Virus record (IMG/VR): IMGVR_UViG_3300036770_004821
Location: 7,806-71,805 of that record
Origin: a virus
Direction: 5' to 3' (one strand)
DNA length: 64,000 nt
Positions 49,532-58,022 of the stretch are shown one piece after another (the stretch's first letter is position 1; each line of letters opens with the position of its first letter). The position numbers and the translations under genes are program-made. A model generated the notes under the pieces. That model was given only the letters and a program-made list of their open reading frames with translations, did no database searches and was not told the DNA's origin.

Positions 49532-49870
49532 TCAATTACCCTGCATTTGCTCCCTACGATTGAGTTCCTTTTCTACCGCAATTTCAAGATGCTCTTTGAT
49601 AATAGAATTAATAGTAGATTCTATCCGACCTTCAAAATGAGCAATGAGGTCATACCATTTATTATTCGCAACCCTACGAGCAATCTTATTCGTAAAATAT
49701 TCATCATAACGGAGAATTTCACTCACATTAGATTTAACCATATCACGAATTGAATCTTGGTCGGTAAATTCTTTTTTGCGAGTCTCAAGTTCTTCGAGAA
49801 GATAATTCAGACCAGCAATAAGATTGTCAATCTTAACCAGATTATCGTTCAGAGTAGTGGTAGGAGTCAT
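49532..49870 (-). CDS. Helical hypothetical protein, probably co-transcribed with the E1 gene
   Basis: 112 aa; no cassette promoter between it and the ThiF gene. Confidence 0.65.
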   Translation of the reverse strand: MTPTTTLNDNLVKIDNLIAGLNYLLEELETRKKEFTDQDSIRDMVKSNVSEILRYDEYFTNKIARRVANNKWYDLIAHFEGRIESTINSIIKEHLEIAVEKELNRREQMQGN

Positions 49871-49911
49871 TTTAAGAAATTGATTAGTAAAAGTGAACTG
49901 AAGAAATTAAA

Positions 49912-50622
49912 TCAGGAAACCGTGGTTTTCAGATTGCGAAGATTGAAGAACATAGAACTTTGGTTCTTATCGAAGAATCCATCCAGGAAGTTTTGAATCA
50001 CCATCAGAGTAAGTGATGCTGCAAGAAAGTTTGCGGAAATCAGTTGAGGACGACTCGGTGCGTTCAGAGAACAAGAACCTTCGGACGGAATACTATCTTG
50101 AGGACGTTCGATGTTGGGATAAACATCTGCGGGATTGCAACCCACGTTCTCACCATTTACTTTACCAAACCAAAGAACTTGACCACGCACATCTTCAAGA
50201 CCATCAGAATTGCCTGGAGTGATGAAGATGTAGTCACCTTCACAAAAGGCCTTCATTGTGTTGATGATTGCAAGTCGAGTGGCATCATTATCCACCGAAC
50301 ACACAACCAGAGGACAAACAGAACGTCGGAGCATCGGAATAAACGTCGAGGCAGAAATGAAACTTTCCTTAGACTCAACATTGCTAAGACCCTGATATGC
50401 ACAGAAGTCTACCATCGAACGTGCTTTATTCATACCAACTTGACTAGGACCAACAAGTTGTCGAGTGGTATTCTTATCCTCAAACTCATCACCATCAATA
50501 AACACGACTTTGGAATCTTGAGTATTCTGATGATACGCAATCAGACGTGCGAGTGGAGCAGCAAGATGACCACCAGTACCACCAACACCAATCACAAAAA
50601 CGTAGTCGGGAGAAAAAGTCAT
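49912..50622 (-). CDS. ThiF/E1-like ubiquitin-activating (adenylating) enzyme
   Basis: IGVGGTGG, IDGD...KNTTRQ, NKA, VDNDATR, PGN, candidate catalytic Cys184 in EGSCS...PQLISAN. Confidence 0.92.
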   Translation of the reverse strand: MTFSPDYVFVIGVGGTGGHLAAPLARLIAYHQNTQDSKVVFIDGDEFEDKNTTRQLVGPSQVGMNKARSMVDFCAYQGLSNVESKESFISASTFIPMLRRSVCPLVVCSVDNDATRLAIINTMKAFCEGDYIFITPGNSDGLEDVRGQVLWFGKVNGENVGCNPADVYPNIERPQDSIPSEGSCSLNAPSRPQLISANFLAASLTLMVIQNFLDGFFDKNQSSMFFNLRNLKTTVS

Positions 50623-50643
50623 AATTTCCTTTGGTTCCTTTAC

Positions 50644-50701
50644 AGTATAGCAGGGGATAGGTCGAAAACAGGGGTTATAGGGACACTTGCAGAAGTGTCC
50701 C
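50644..50701 (-). promoter_or_regulatory. Palindrome-promoter cassette for E1
   Basis: gggacact-tgcaga-agtgtccc, 30 bp from TATACT. Confidence 0.8.
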
Positions 50702-50709
50702 CTGATGTA

Positions 50710-51666
50710 TCAAACCTGACCAACAATCAGTCCATCGTGAGACACAAACCACCGTTTGTTGAGTTCATCTGGAGAAGTCAGATAACCAGAGAAAAACCCA
50801 CCGTTCTTTTCGATTGTAGATTCAAACAGAGGAATCATCATAATGTGTGGTGCATCTGGAACAGACTTAAATCCAGCAGTGAGCATTTGGAAAAATGCAG
50901 AAATATCTTCCGCAGCATCAAGAAGCATCAGAGCATCTGGACTTTCAGTGCTAAGAAGTTTCTCATTCTCCTTCTCATAAAACTCTCCATTGTCGGCAAG
51001 ATACCGAGTTTCTCTTGAGTTGTCTTCAAATGCCCTCATAGGCAGAAGGTCATTATTAAATGGAGTTTCAAAGTAAGCCTCAACAATACCCCTCAGAGTT
51101 TGAGGTCTATCGTTGTCTCCCCAACAAACACCCTCGGGGTAATCTGAACAACCAAAAACATTGGCAGCCATCATTGTTTCGGTGGAATGAATGTTTCCAT
51201 CGTCCCCCACCTTACCCGCAGAAAGATATGCGGTATCACCATCAAGAGAAAACTTAGAGTAATGAGTCTTCAGATGATTCAGGGCAATTCCGAATACCAT
51301 ATTGGAGAGTCGGAAGTCAATAACATCATCTTCTGCCCCGTGTCCTTCTGGGCAAGTTTGACCGTAATAACCTTCATCATACACAGCACAATGATTCCGA
51401 AGGTCTGGATGGTCCCAATTTACATCACCCTCATCATCTTCATAGTTGGAAAGAAAGTCACAGCAATTCCTAGGACAATCATCACAGAAAGCATTGTGAA
51501 AATCATCATTATCGGGTTTTACTTCCTGATGAATGTTCTTATACCCATCAGGCATCCACGCTTTAATCCAAAGATAATCAGATACGGAGAATGTAATTAT
51601 TTCCGAACCTTTAGGTAGAGGATGAACTTTAGCCTTATTTGGTTGGTTTAGAAAAATTACAGACAT
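50710..51666 (-). CDS. Prokaryotic E2-like (PRTRC protein B / Prok-E2 family D-like) protein with a Cys-rich N-terminal insert
   Basis: ANVF......GVCWGDN......IVEAYFETPFNNDL motif; start MSVIFL below its promoter. Confidence 0.7.
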   Translation of the reverse strand: MSVIFLNQPNKAKVHPLPKGSEIITFSVSDYLWIKAWMPDGYKNIHQEVKPDNDDFHNAFCDDCPRNCCDFLSNYEDDEGDVNWDHPDLRNHCAVYDEGYYGQTCPEGHGAEDDVIDFRLSNMVFGIALNHLKTHYSKFSLDGDTAYLSAGKVGDDGNIHSTETMMAANVFGCSDYPEGVCWGDNDRPQTLRGIVEAYFETPFNNDLLPMRAFEDNSRETRYLADNGEFYEKENEKLLSTESPDALMLLDAAEDISAFFQMLTAGFKSVPDAPHIMMIPLFESTIEKNGGFFSGYLTSPDELNKRWFVSHDGLIVGQV

Positions 51667-51688
51667 TTGTTTGGTTTCTTGTTCCAAC

Positions 51689-51748
51689 ATTGTAGCACGC
51701 ATCAGGGGTAAAACTGGGATATGGTGGACACTCCAAGAAGTGTCCACC
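51689..51748 (-). promoter_or_regulatory. Palindrome-promoter cassette for the E2-like gene
   Basis: ggtggacact-ccaaga-agtgtccacc, 30 bp from TACAAT. Confidence 0.8.
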
Positions 51749-51760
51749 AAAGGTATTCAA

Positions 51761-52783
51761 TCAAACAACAGTGGACATAAGGTCTTCACTTTCAACTTCA
51801 AGATAATCATCGAGGTCTTTTACGAAATCCTCAAGTTCATCTTTAAGTTTGTAGAGAAGCATTGGATTGTCTAGATGTTGCTCCAGATAGTCGGCAAGAG
51901 TATCTGTAATGTTCCAACAGTCAATCTTATGATTAGAATTGTAGGAATTACTCCAGTAGAATGGGTCATTCTTATAATCCGTGTAATCATTACCCCAACC
52001 CAAGTTCTTAGGATTGCTATATTGAGACTTACTGTAAGTACCAGTAGATACTTTCTTCGACCAAACAACTGCTTTGATTGCTGGTTTGGTGAAGTCTACA
52101 TAATTGATAACATCTGGATGAAACTCTACTCCAGGACAAGCAGAAGCATCAATCAGTTTATCAAATTGAACTTCAAACCGACGACGAGAACCAACAACAG
52201 AAGCAGCAATTCGATATTTCATATTGGTGGTGTCAATAGAACCCACAACAATATGAATACCAGGGTCATTCAGTTCATATTTGTCATCAATAGAACTGAA
52301 GAACGCTTCCATAGTATTATGACTATGCGAAGAACCCACAGGAATCCAACCATCAGGAGGATACTGAGTGATTTCTTCACCAGTCTCCAGGTCGATAGAA
52401 ACATCGAAATCTTCTGCTCGCACAGAAGCAGCAGAGACTTTCTGATAAGGAATCAGAAAACGATACTTAGAAGGGTCTTCTGCACTACGAAGGATGCGAG
52501 TAGAAACTTCTACCGTATCTTGAACTTTGTCTACAAAGTAGAAACAGAGTTTGACCCACTTTGTCCACAGGTCAGCAGGAATACGGTGAATATCCTCTCG
52601 CAGTTGAAACTCCTCAAGGTGCTTATCACTAATTTCTACATTTGCATCAGGGTCATCTGCTTCTCGCAGATAGGAACCCCAAGGACCATCATATACTTCC
52701 CACACACCATCCCTACGAGTTCGAAGAATGGTGGGAGATTGAACTTCTTGAACTTCTTGATTTTCTTCAGTAAGAGTGGTCAT
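51761..52783 (-). CDS. JAB/JAMM (Mov34) metallopeptidase
   Basis: Exact HxH-x7-S-x2-D motif (HSHNTMEAFFSSID), upstream VEVS and PYQKVSAASV, downstream GIHIVVG. Confidence 0.9.
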   Translation of the reverse strand: MTTLTEENQEVQEVQSPTILRTRRDGVWEVYDGPWGSYLREADDPDANVEISDKHLEEFQLREDIHRIPADLWTKWVKLCFYFVDKVQDTVEVSTRILRSAEDPSKYRFLIPYQKVSAASVRAEDFDVSIDLETGEEITQYPPDGWIPVGSSHSHNTMEAFFSSIDDKYELNDPGIHIVVGSIDTTNMKYRIAASVVGSRRRFEVQFDKLIDASACPGVEFHPDVINYVDFTKPAIKAVVWSKKVSTGTYSKSQYSNPKNLGWGNDYTDYKNDPFYWSNSYNSNHKIDCWNITDTLADYLEQHLDNPMLLYKLKDELEDFVKDLDDYLEVESEDLMSTVV

Positions 52784-52803
52784 TTTGAATAATTCAGGAT
52801 AGC

Positions 52804-52844
52804 AAAATACTTCCCATTGAGGAAAAAATCCTCAATGGGAAGTA
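52804..52844 (-). terminator. 16-bp stem-loop followed by TTTT between Ubl and JAB
   Basis: tacttcccattgagga-aaaaa-tcctcaatgggaagta. Confidence 0.7.
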
Positions 52845-52863
52845 GGAAAACAAAGGGAGTAAC

Positions 52864-53124
52864 TCAACCCTTGCTCTCAGAAGTTACAGCCCCCCTAATG
52901 CTCTCACCAGCACGCACAACGGTATCACCAGGCACAATCTCGGTGTTCAGAACAAAGCGGTTGATTCGACTCACATCACCCAGAGAATGACCGTACTCAC
53001 CGAACAGTTGGGAAACAGTTTTGCCACGGAACTGATCGGAAGTCAGAGTGATGCTCTCCTCGTTGAGGTACAGAGTCACAGGAGCGGTTTGGTCAGCGGT
53101 GCGGATTTGATCGAAGAAAGACAT
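52864..53124 (-). CDS. Ubiquitin-like (beta-grasp) protein ending in ...SESKG
   Basis: 86 aa from MSFFDQ; VTLYL..SITL, GKTVSQLF, FVLNTEIV.GDTVVRAGESI pattern; C-terminal Gly; operon context. Confidence 0.8.
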   Translation of the reverse strand: MSFFDQIRTADQTAPVTLYLNEESITLTSDQFRGKTVSQLFGEYGHSLGDVSRINRFVLNTEIVPGDTVVRAGESIRGAVTSESKG

Positions 53125-53186
53125 GATAAAGAAAAGAGTAGAGGTCAAATGTTGGATGAAAGAGTCACCTTCTCACCAACCCCATA

Positions 53187-53244
53187 ATCATAGCACCTTA
53201 ACGGTGTGATTGGGGGTGTGTGTGGACAGTTCCGAAACCGGACC
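53187..53244 (-). promoter_or_regulatory. Palindrome-promoter cassette for Ubl
   Basis: tggacagt-tccgaa-accggacc, 30 bp from TATGAT. Confidence 0.65.
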
Positions 53245-53284
53245 TGGAGAAAGTGGTTAAGACCCTTCCCTGCCAACTGAAATC

Positions 53285-53343
53285 AGTATAACACGGATTG
53301 AGGGTCTCACAAGCGGGAGTGTGCCACTAGAACAAGTGGCACA
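53285..53343 (-). promoter_or_regulatory. Palindrome-promoter cassette (second, tandem, upstream of Ubl)
   Basis: tgtgccact-agaaca-agtggcaca, 30 bp from TATACT. Confidence 0.8.
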
Positions 53344-53355
53344 TCAGGTAAGAAA

Positions 53356-53607
53356 CTACCAAACTCCCCGTTTGATATGATAGTTACGAATTTCCTTGAA
53401 AAGGAATTCTTTCAGTTTAACATCATCAGTTTTTTCGTATGCCTCATACAGACGATTTACATAATCCTCTTGTTTGACACACTTGACTACTTTTGCTGTA
53501 GTTACACCCAGATCATTGAGAGGAGAACCTGCTTTCCTGCGAGGTTGTGAAACAGCACCAGAAGTTCTAAACTTTGTTTTTATTTTAGAAAGATTGGAAG
53601 TAGTCAT
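53356..53607 (-). CDS. Basic hypothetical protein
   Basis: 83-aa ORF. Confidence 0.7.
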   Translation of the reverse strand: MTTSNLSKIKTKFRTSGAVSQPRRKAGSPLNDLGVTTAKVVKCVKQEDYVNRLYEAYEKTDDVKLKEFLFKEIRNYHIKRGVW

Positions 53608-53813
53608 TAGTTACAAGCAAGAATCAGATTTGCTACCCTATTTTCAGGAACAAAGTCCTGAAGTTTATCGTAAACACCTTCAAACTGTTGAATGATGTTT
53701 GTATAATATGCAGCAAGATGAGGTTCCTCAAAAATCTCTGCGTCTTTTACTTTATAGTCAAGAGCAGAGATAATGTCTAGGATTTCACCGGAGGTCAAAG
53801 AAATAGAAGTCAT
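53607..53813 (-). CDS. Hypothetical protein
   Basis: 68 aa, TAATG coupling. Confidence 0.65.
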   Translation of the reverse strand: MTSISLTSGEILDIISALDYKVKDAEIFEEPHLAAYYTNIIQQFEGVYDKLQDFVPENRVANLILACN

Positions 53814-53970
53814 TTTTGTCCGTAAAGTTCAGTGAATACATCAGGAGAATCGAGTGCGTTCTCCATCTCTTTAAGAATTGATATTTCTCGTGCCCAGAAT
53901 CCCATCTCTCCCTTTGCTTTAAGATAGTTGTTGCGAGCATCATAGAGTGCTCGTTGAATTTCTACACGGT

Positions 53971-54156
53971 TCATTTGATGTTAAAGATGTCGAACAGTTC
54001 TTGTTGAGTCTTGGTGAAAAGAGTATCAGGTTCTGGGTAGTTGTGAACTTCCTCTTGAAGTTGCTTGTAAGTATAAAGCATATCTTGCAGAGCAAGAAGT
54101 TGCTTTTCAGTCAGGACTTCTTCGAGCATTAGAACTTGGTCAAGCATAGTTTTCAT
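53971..54156 (-). CDS. Hypothetical protein
   Basis: 61 aa, GGGAG RBS. Confidence 0.6.
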   Translation of the reverse strand: MKTMLDQVLMLEEVLTEKQLLALQDMLYTYKQLQEEVHNYPEPDTLFTKTQQELFDIFNIK

Positions 54157-54348
54157 CAGTAATCACTCCCGTCATTTTGACATTGTTGAATCCAGTAGGA
54201 ATAGCAAGGAAAGTTAAGTGGGTGGTCTTTATGTCTTTGATACCAATTAAAGGCAAGATTCAATCGGTTTTCTGGCACCTTCAAATAAGAAAGATTAGAT
54301 TGAATTGGAATGTAAGTTGTGGGCATCTGATACTCTCTCTACTCTTCT

Positions 54349-54407
54349 AATATAGCAGGTTTTGGAGTCTGTGCTCTTTTAGTGTGCCACTAGAACAAGT
54401 GGCACAC
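54349..54407 (-). promoter_or_regulatory. Palindrome-promoter cassette (family B-like)
   Basis: gtgtgccact-agaaca-agtggcacac, 29 bp from TATATT. Confidence 0.85.
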
Positions 54408-54430
54408 AGTATAAGAGACTTACCTTGAGA

Positions 54431-55672
54431 TCAGGTAACTAGAACCTGACCCTTGACAAAGATCGTATCAACAACATTTTGAAGTTGTCGAGCAATCTTA
54501 TCACCATAGTTGTTCTGGACGGGAACAGTGATGGTGCCGAATGGTTTGCGATACAGTTCAAATTGACCGGGTTTGACCGTGCCATTTTGAATTGCTTTGC
54601 GATCATCCTTACTCATACGGATCACACGACCAATGGTCTGTGCCATTTCAATCAGGGGAAGATTGCGAAGCATAATACAATGAGTAAGTCCATGTACGTT
54701 CATTCCTTCGGAAAGAATAGAGTAATGAAACACAATCATCTTTTTGATGGGATCATTACCACACTCTGCCATTTTGTCGAAGAATACTTCACGAGACACT
54801 TTCTTCTTGTTGATGTAACCACCGTGCTTGCTGGTGATATGAAATACGGTAAATCCCATATCATTCAGTTGTTGAAGCAGATCACTTTCAGTGAACATAC
54901 CCCAAATTACTTTGGTGCTGGGAGAAGCAACAAGCACTTTGGGAGTGATACTATCATCAATCTCTTTGAGAATACCGATGACATTTTCCGCATCTACAAA
55001 TGCAGCATTTTCTTTTGTGCGAGTGGTTTCAGACTTATAAGTATGAACCCGAGGAGGAATGATTGAACCAGCATCCAGCAGTTCCGTAGCAGGCACAGAA
55101 ATAAGATTCTGACCGTACACACGGGTATTATTCATAGATTCTTCACTGTTCTTATACTTGGGAGTTGCGGTGAAGAAATAAGCATTTTCTGCGAACTCGG
55201 AGATGTGAGCAACACCTACAAAGTTGCTGGGTTTGGTGCAATGATGTGCCTCATCAAAATAGACAACATCAATGTCAATTCCAGAGTCATTTACACGACC
55301 AATGGAATTGTAGGTAGTAAAAATAAACCGATGATTTCCTGCTTCTTTTGCTGCTGCGTGATAGTTTGCGATGATGTGAGGACGGGTGGAGGATTGATGA
55401 TGAGTTTCTCCACTGTGGCAATGAATATAAGTAATATCCATACCTTTCAGGTAGTCTTCAAACTCTGCAGAGAGTTGATTGGCAAGAAGAATACGAGGAG
55501 CAACGACAACAAATGTCATCGTATGCTGAGCATCAAGAATACGATGACGGGCATCCTCCATCATCACAGCAGTCTTACCACCACCAGTAGGAATGTAGAC
55601 AGTACCTTTGGAGTGATTTTGAACAGCAGTCAGGGCACGTTGTTGATAAGGAAGGAGAGTGAACATAATCAA
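54431..55672 (-). CDS. Superfamily-2 DEAH-box helicase/ATPase
   Basis: LLPYQ, PTGGGKT, APRILLANQ, FDEAHH, TAT, LSEG, QTIGRVIR. Confidence 0.9.
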   Translation of the reverse strand: MIMFTLLPYQQRALTAVQNHSKGTVYIPTGGGKTAVMMEDARHRILDAQHTMTFVVVAPRILLANQLSAEFEDYLKGMDITYIHCHSGETHHQSSTRPHIIANYHAAAKEAGNHRFIFTTYNSIGRVNDSGIDIDVVYFDEAHHCTKPSNFVGVAHISEFAENAYFFTATPKYKNSEESMNNTRVYGQNLISVPATELLDAGSIIPPRVHTYKSETTRTKENAAFVDAENVIGILKEIDDSITPKVLVASPSTKVIWGMFTESDLLQQLNDMGFTVFHITSKHGGYINKKKVSREVFFDKMAECGNDPIKKMIVFHYSILSEGMNVHGLTHCIMLRNLPLIEMAQTIGRVIRMSKDDRKAIQNGTVKPGQFELYRKPFGTITVPVQNNYGDKIARQLQNVVDTIFVKGQVLVT

Positions 55673-55687
55673 TTCAAGTGTAAAGTA

Positions 55688-55746
55688 ATTATAGCACGGA
55701 CCCTGCCGGACCCGTGCTTTAAGTGGACAGTCCTACGACTGGCACA
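55688..55746 (-). promoter_or_regulatory. Palindrome-promoter cassette for the helicase
   Basis: tggacagt-cctacg-actggcac, 30 bp from TATAAT. Confidence 0.8.
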
Positions 55747-55777
55747 TCAGGATAAGAAATTAAGAATAAGTTAAGAT

Positions 55778-56110
55778 TTAGAAGATAATACTCCCAAGAG
55801 TAGGAACACCATAAGGATTACCTACAGTGCAAAAGGTTAAAGAACCCTCTACTTTTTCATTGAGTTCTTCATTGACAACTTCTTGTTGTGGTTCTTCGAC
55901 TACTTTCTCTTGTGTATCAAAGATAATCAGTGTTTCGGCAGCAACTTTTGCTGCTTTAAGAGATTTGGAAAAGTGTTGAGGAGTATCAAATACATCCATA
56001 ACAACCCATTTGGTCGCATTAGATTTGCGAATGAAACCTACGGTTTCACCATTCTTCTGGATTTCGTAGTTGCCAGCAGACAGACGGGGGAAAGAGAAAG
56101 TCATAATCAA
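55778..56110 (-). CDS. Hypothetical protein
   Basis: 110-aa ORF. Confidence 0.65.
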   Translation of the reverse strand: MIMTFSFPRLSAGNYEIQKNGETVGFIRKSNATKWVVMDVFDTPQHFSKSLKAAKVAAETLIIFDTQEKVVEEPQQEVVNEELNEKVEGSLTFCTVGNPYGVPTLGSIIF

Positions 56111-56292
56111 TCAGCAAAGGTGGAGAGAAGTTGAAAGTCAGAGGATACTTCCTCAAACTCATAATCTACCAAATCTTCATCACCTTCCAGTCCCATTGAT
56201 ACACTTTCGGGGATGAACTTGCGAGGATGTGAACCTTCCTCAATATCAAGAACAAGAGTAACTTTCCAACGTTTAGTAGTCATAATCAGCAA
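56107..56292 (-). CDS. Hypothetical protein
   Basis: 61 aa, ATGA coupling. Confidence 0.6.
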   Translation of the reverse strand: MLIMTTKRWKVTLVLDIEEGSHPRKFIPESVSMGLEGDEDLVDYEFEEVSSDFQLLSTFAD

Positions 56293-56579
56293 TGCTCGGG
56301 AAGAATACAGAAGGAAGCACAGAAACTACGAACCCAGTTCAGGGTATCAAAGTATCCCCTAGGATTACTCATTACCATACTCACATTCTTACGAGGATTG
56401 TAAGCAACAGCAACGTAACTGTAACAATCAGGAGATTCTTCGATTTCTTGAATCCACATTTGATTTACATTACCATCCTGCCAATCCCAACGGGAAGCAG
56501 TGTAATGAAAAACATCAAGAATCATTTGGTTCTTAAATGAAGTTAAAGTGATGAGGTTAGATAACAGCATACTTACCAA
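56286..56579 (-). CDS. Hypothetical protein
   Basis: Likely true start MILDVF; GNVNQMWI and VAVAYNPR patterns. Confidence 0.6.
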   Translation of the reverse strand: MVSMLLSNLITLTSFKNQMILDVFHYTASRWDWQDGNVNQMWIQEIEESPDCYSYVAVAYNPRKNVSMVMSNPRGYFDTLNWVRSFCASFCILPEHC

Positions 56580-56631
56580 GATGTCCTTCGGACGTTATCG
56601 GGGTGGATGAAACCCCCCTCACCACCTTCTT

Positions 56632-56690
56632 AATCTACCACACTTTGGGGTCTGTGCTCTTTTAGTGTGCCACTAGAACAAGTGGCACAC
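56632..56690 (-). promoter_or_regulatory. Palindrome-promoter cassette (family B)
   Basis: gtgtgccact-agaaca-agtggcacac, 29 bp from TAGATT. Confidence 0.85.
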
Positions 56691-56705
56691 GGTATAAGGT
56701 TATTA

Positions 56706-57158
56706 TCAGTTACGATATAACCACGATCCTGCCCAATCGGCATACTCAAGTGCCCACTCTCTTTCTTTGATGATAAGAAGATTGCACCTTTCTCCTTTCG
56801 CAGGACCACGCCACGATGCTGCTTTATATACGGAACCAGTTTTTTTATCCACAAAAAATGCTACGCTACGAGCACCATTCGCATTCATAATGACTTTGTG
56901 ATACTTGCGACCTGTTTCAGGATAGAACTCATAATCACAGATACCTTTCTTGAGTTCTTCAATGCAGGCAAGATGATAGCATTCCTCAGCATCACTAATA
57001 CCATTCTTGTTAATGTTGTGTTGATGCGAACGAATACAATAATTGATATAATTCTGCCGTAGTGCCTCGCAGAGGGCATAGGTGTGTCCTAGAACAGCAA
57101 GTTCAACATCCTTACGTGCCTCAGCAGAAGCAGAGTATTCAGCAAAAGTAGTAGTCAT
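56706..57158 (-). CDS. Conserved cyanophage early protein
   Basis: GRKYHKV...SV..FVDKKTG.VYKAASW..PAKG.R...ADWAGSWLY. Confidence 0.75.
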   Translation of the reverse strand: MTTTFAEYSASAEARKDVELAVLGHTYALCEALRQNYINYCIRSHQHNINKNGISDAEECYHLACIEELKKGICDYEFYPETGRKYHKVIMNANGARSVAFFVDKKTGSVYKAASWRGPAKGERCNLLIIKEREWALEYADWAGSWLYRN

Positions 57159-57305
57159 TTTTGAAGATACTTGTTTTTGAGATGAGAAAGTGCTTGTTTT
57201 CTTGATTTAATTTTATTTTTTGAGACACCTCTGGGATTTTTCTTTTTTCCAGAGTTATGAATCCAATTCGGAGTCATTGTACTTCCTCTTTTCTTGTATC
57301 CTTGT

Positions 57306-57365
57306 ATTATAGGGCATCTGGTGCCCCAGTGGGGGTTTAGTGTGCCACTAGAACAAGTGGCACAC
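57306..57365 (-). promoter_or_regulatory. Palindrome-promoter cassette (family A)
   Basis: gtgtgccact-agaaca-agtggcacac, 30 bp from TATAAT. Confidence 0.85.
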
Positions 57366-57557
57366 CATATAAAAAACTAACGATACGTTAGTTGATATTC
57401 AGTTTCTTTGTCCTTGAAAGATCGTTCAACCTCATAAAGAAGTTGAACATAATCCTCATAATCCACACCAAGATAATTCTCGGCAAATTCCCTGTAGTCC
57501 TCTTGAAGAATTAGATCGTCAACAAACATTGAAACCTCCCAGAACTTGTATGTATCT

Positions 57558-57616
57558 ATTATAGAACACTTGGGGTTCTATGTGAAGTGTGGATGTGCCA
57601 GTTGTTTAATTGGATT
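57558..57616 (-). promoter_or_regulatory. Palindrome-promoter cassette (one arm degenerate)
   Basis: gtgccagt 31 bp from TATAAT. Confidence 0.55.
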
Positions 57617-57824
57617 GAACTGGTTTCAGAATAATGTTATCAATGATACATTGTCCAATCTCAGCAATCAAAAATATATCATCCGTTCCCAGTTTATCAC
57701 GGATAGCATCAGAAGTCATTTCCATCGTAAAATCCATCCAACGTTCATCAGCATAAATGTATTCAATTACTTCCGGAGTTAAAGCAACTGCCAGATTTTG
57801 AATGGTTTTGTTAGAGAGTGCCAT
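57606..57824 (-). CDS. Hypothetical protein
   Basis: MALSNKTIQNLA.ALTPEVIEYI..DERW. Confidence 0.65.
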   Translation of the reverse strand: MALSNKTIQNLAVALTPEVIEYIYADERWMDFTMEMTSDAIRDKLGTDDIFLIAEIGQCIIDNIILKPVQSN

Positions 57825-57830
57825 AATAGT

Positions 57831-58022
57831 TCAGGGGGTAGGATCAAAGAAAACAATTTCTTCCAGTGCTGGAAGAATCTCATACTGGATATTATCCAAA
57901 TCTTGAGTTTGAATAGTCATATCCATAAGATGAAGACTACTCTCACGTTCTACAAGATCCTTGAGAATCTTGTAAGCACGTTCAATCTCACGGTATCCGT
58001 AGATTACTTGTGTCATTGTCAA
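57831..58022 (-). CDS. Hypothetical protein
   Basis: 63 aa, ends FFDPTP. Confidence 0.6.
   Translation of the reverse strand: MTMTQVIYGYREIERAYKILKDLVERESSLHLMDMTIQTQDLDNIQYEILPALEEIVFFDPTP

Noticed and set aside
49912-50622. Thiamine/molybdopterin biosynthesis ThiF/MoeB auxiliary gene
   Set aside because: No CxxC zinc motifs and no thiG or moaE neighbours; the neighbours are E2-like, JAB and a KG-ending Ubl.
50044-52792. Long plus-strand ORFs (50044-51018, 51187-51618, 51875-52792) over the Ubl system
   Set aside because: Antisense shadows of motif-bearing minus-strand genes, with no recognisable motifs or promoters.
54479-55774. Plus-strand ORFs over the helicase (and 48552-49106 over ArdA)
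   Set aside because: Antisense shadows caused by codon bias.
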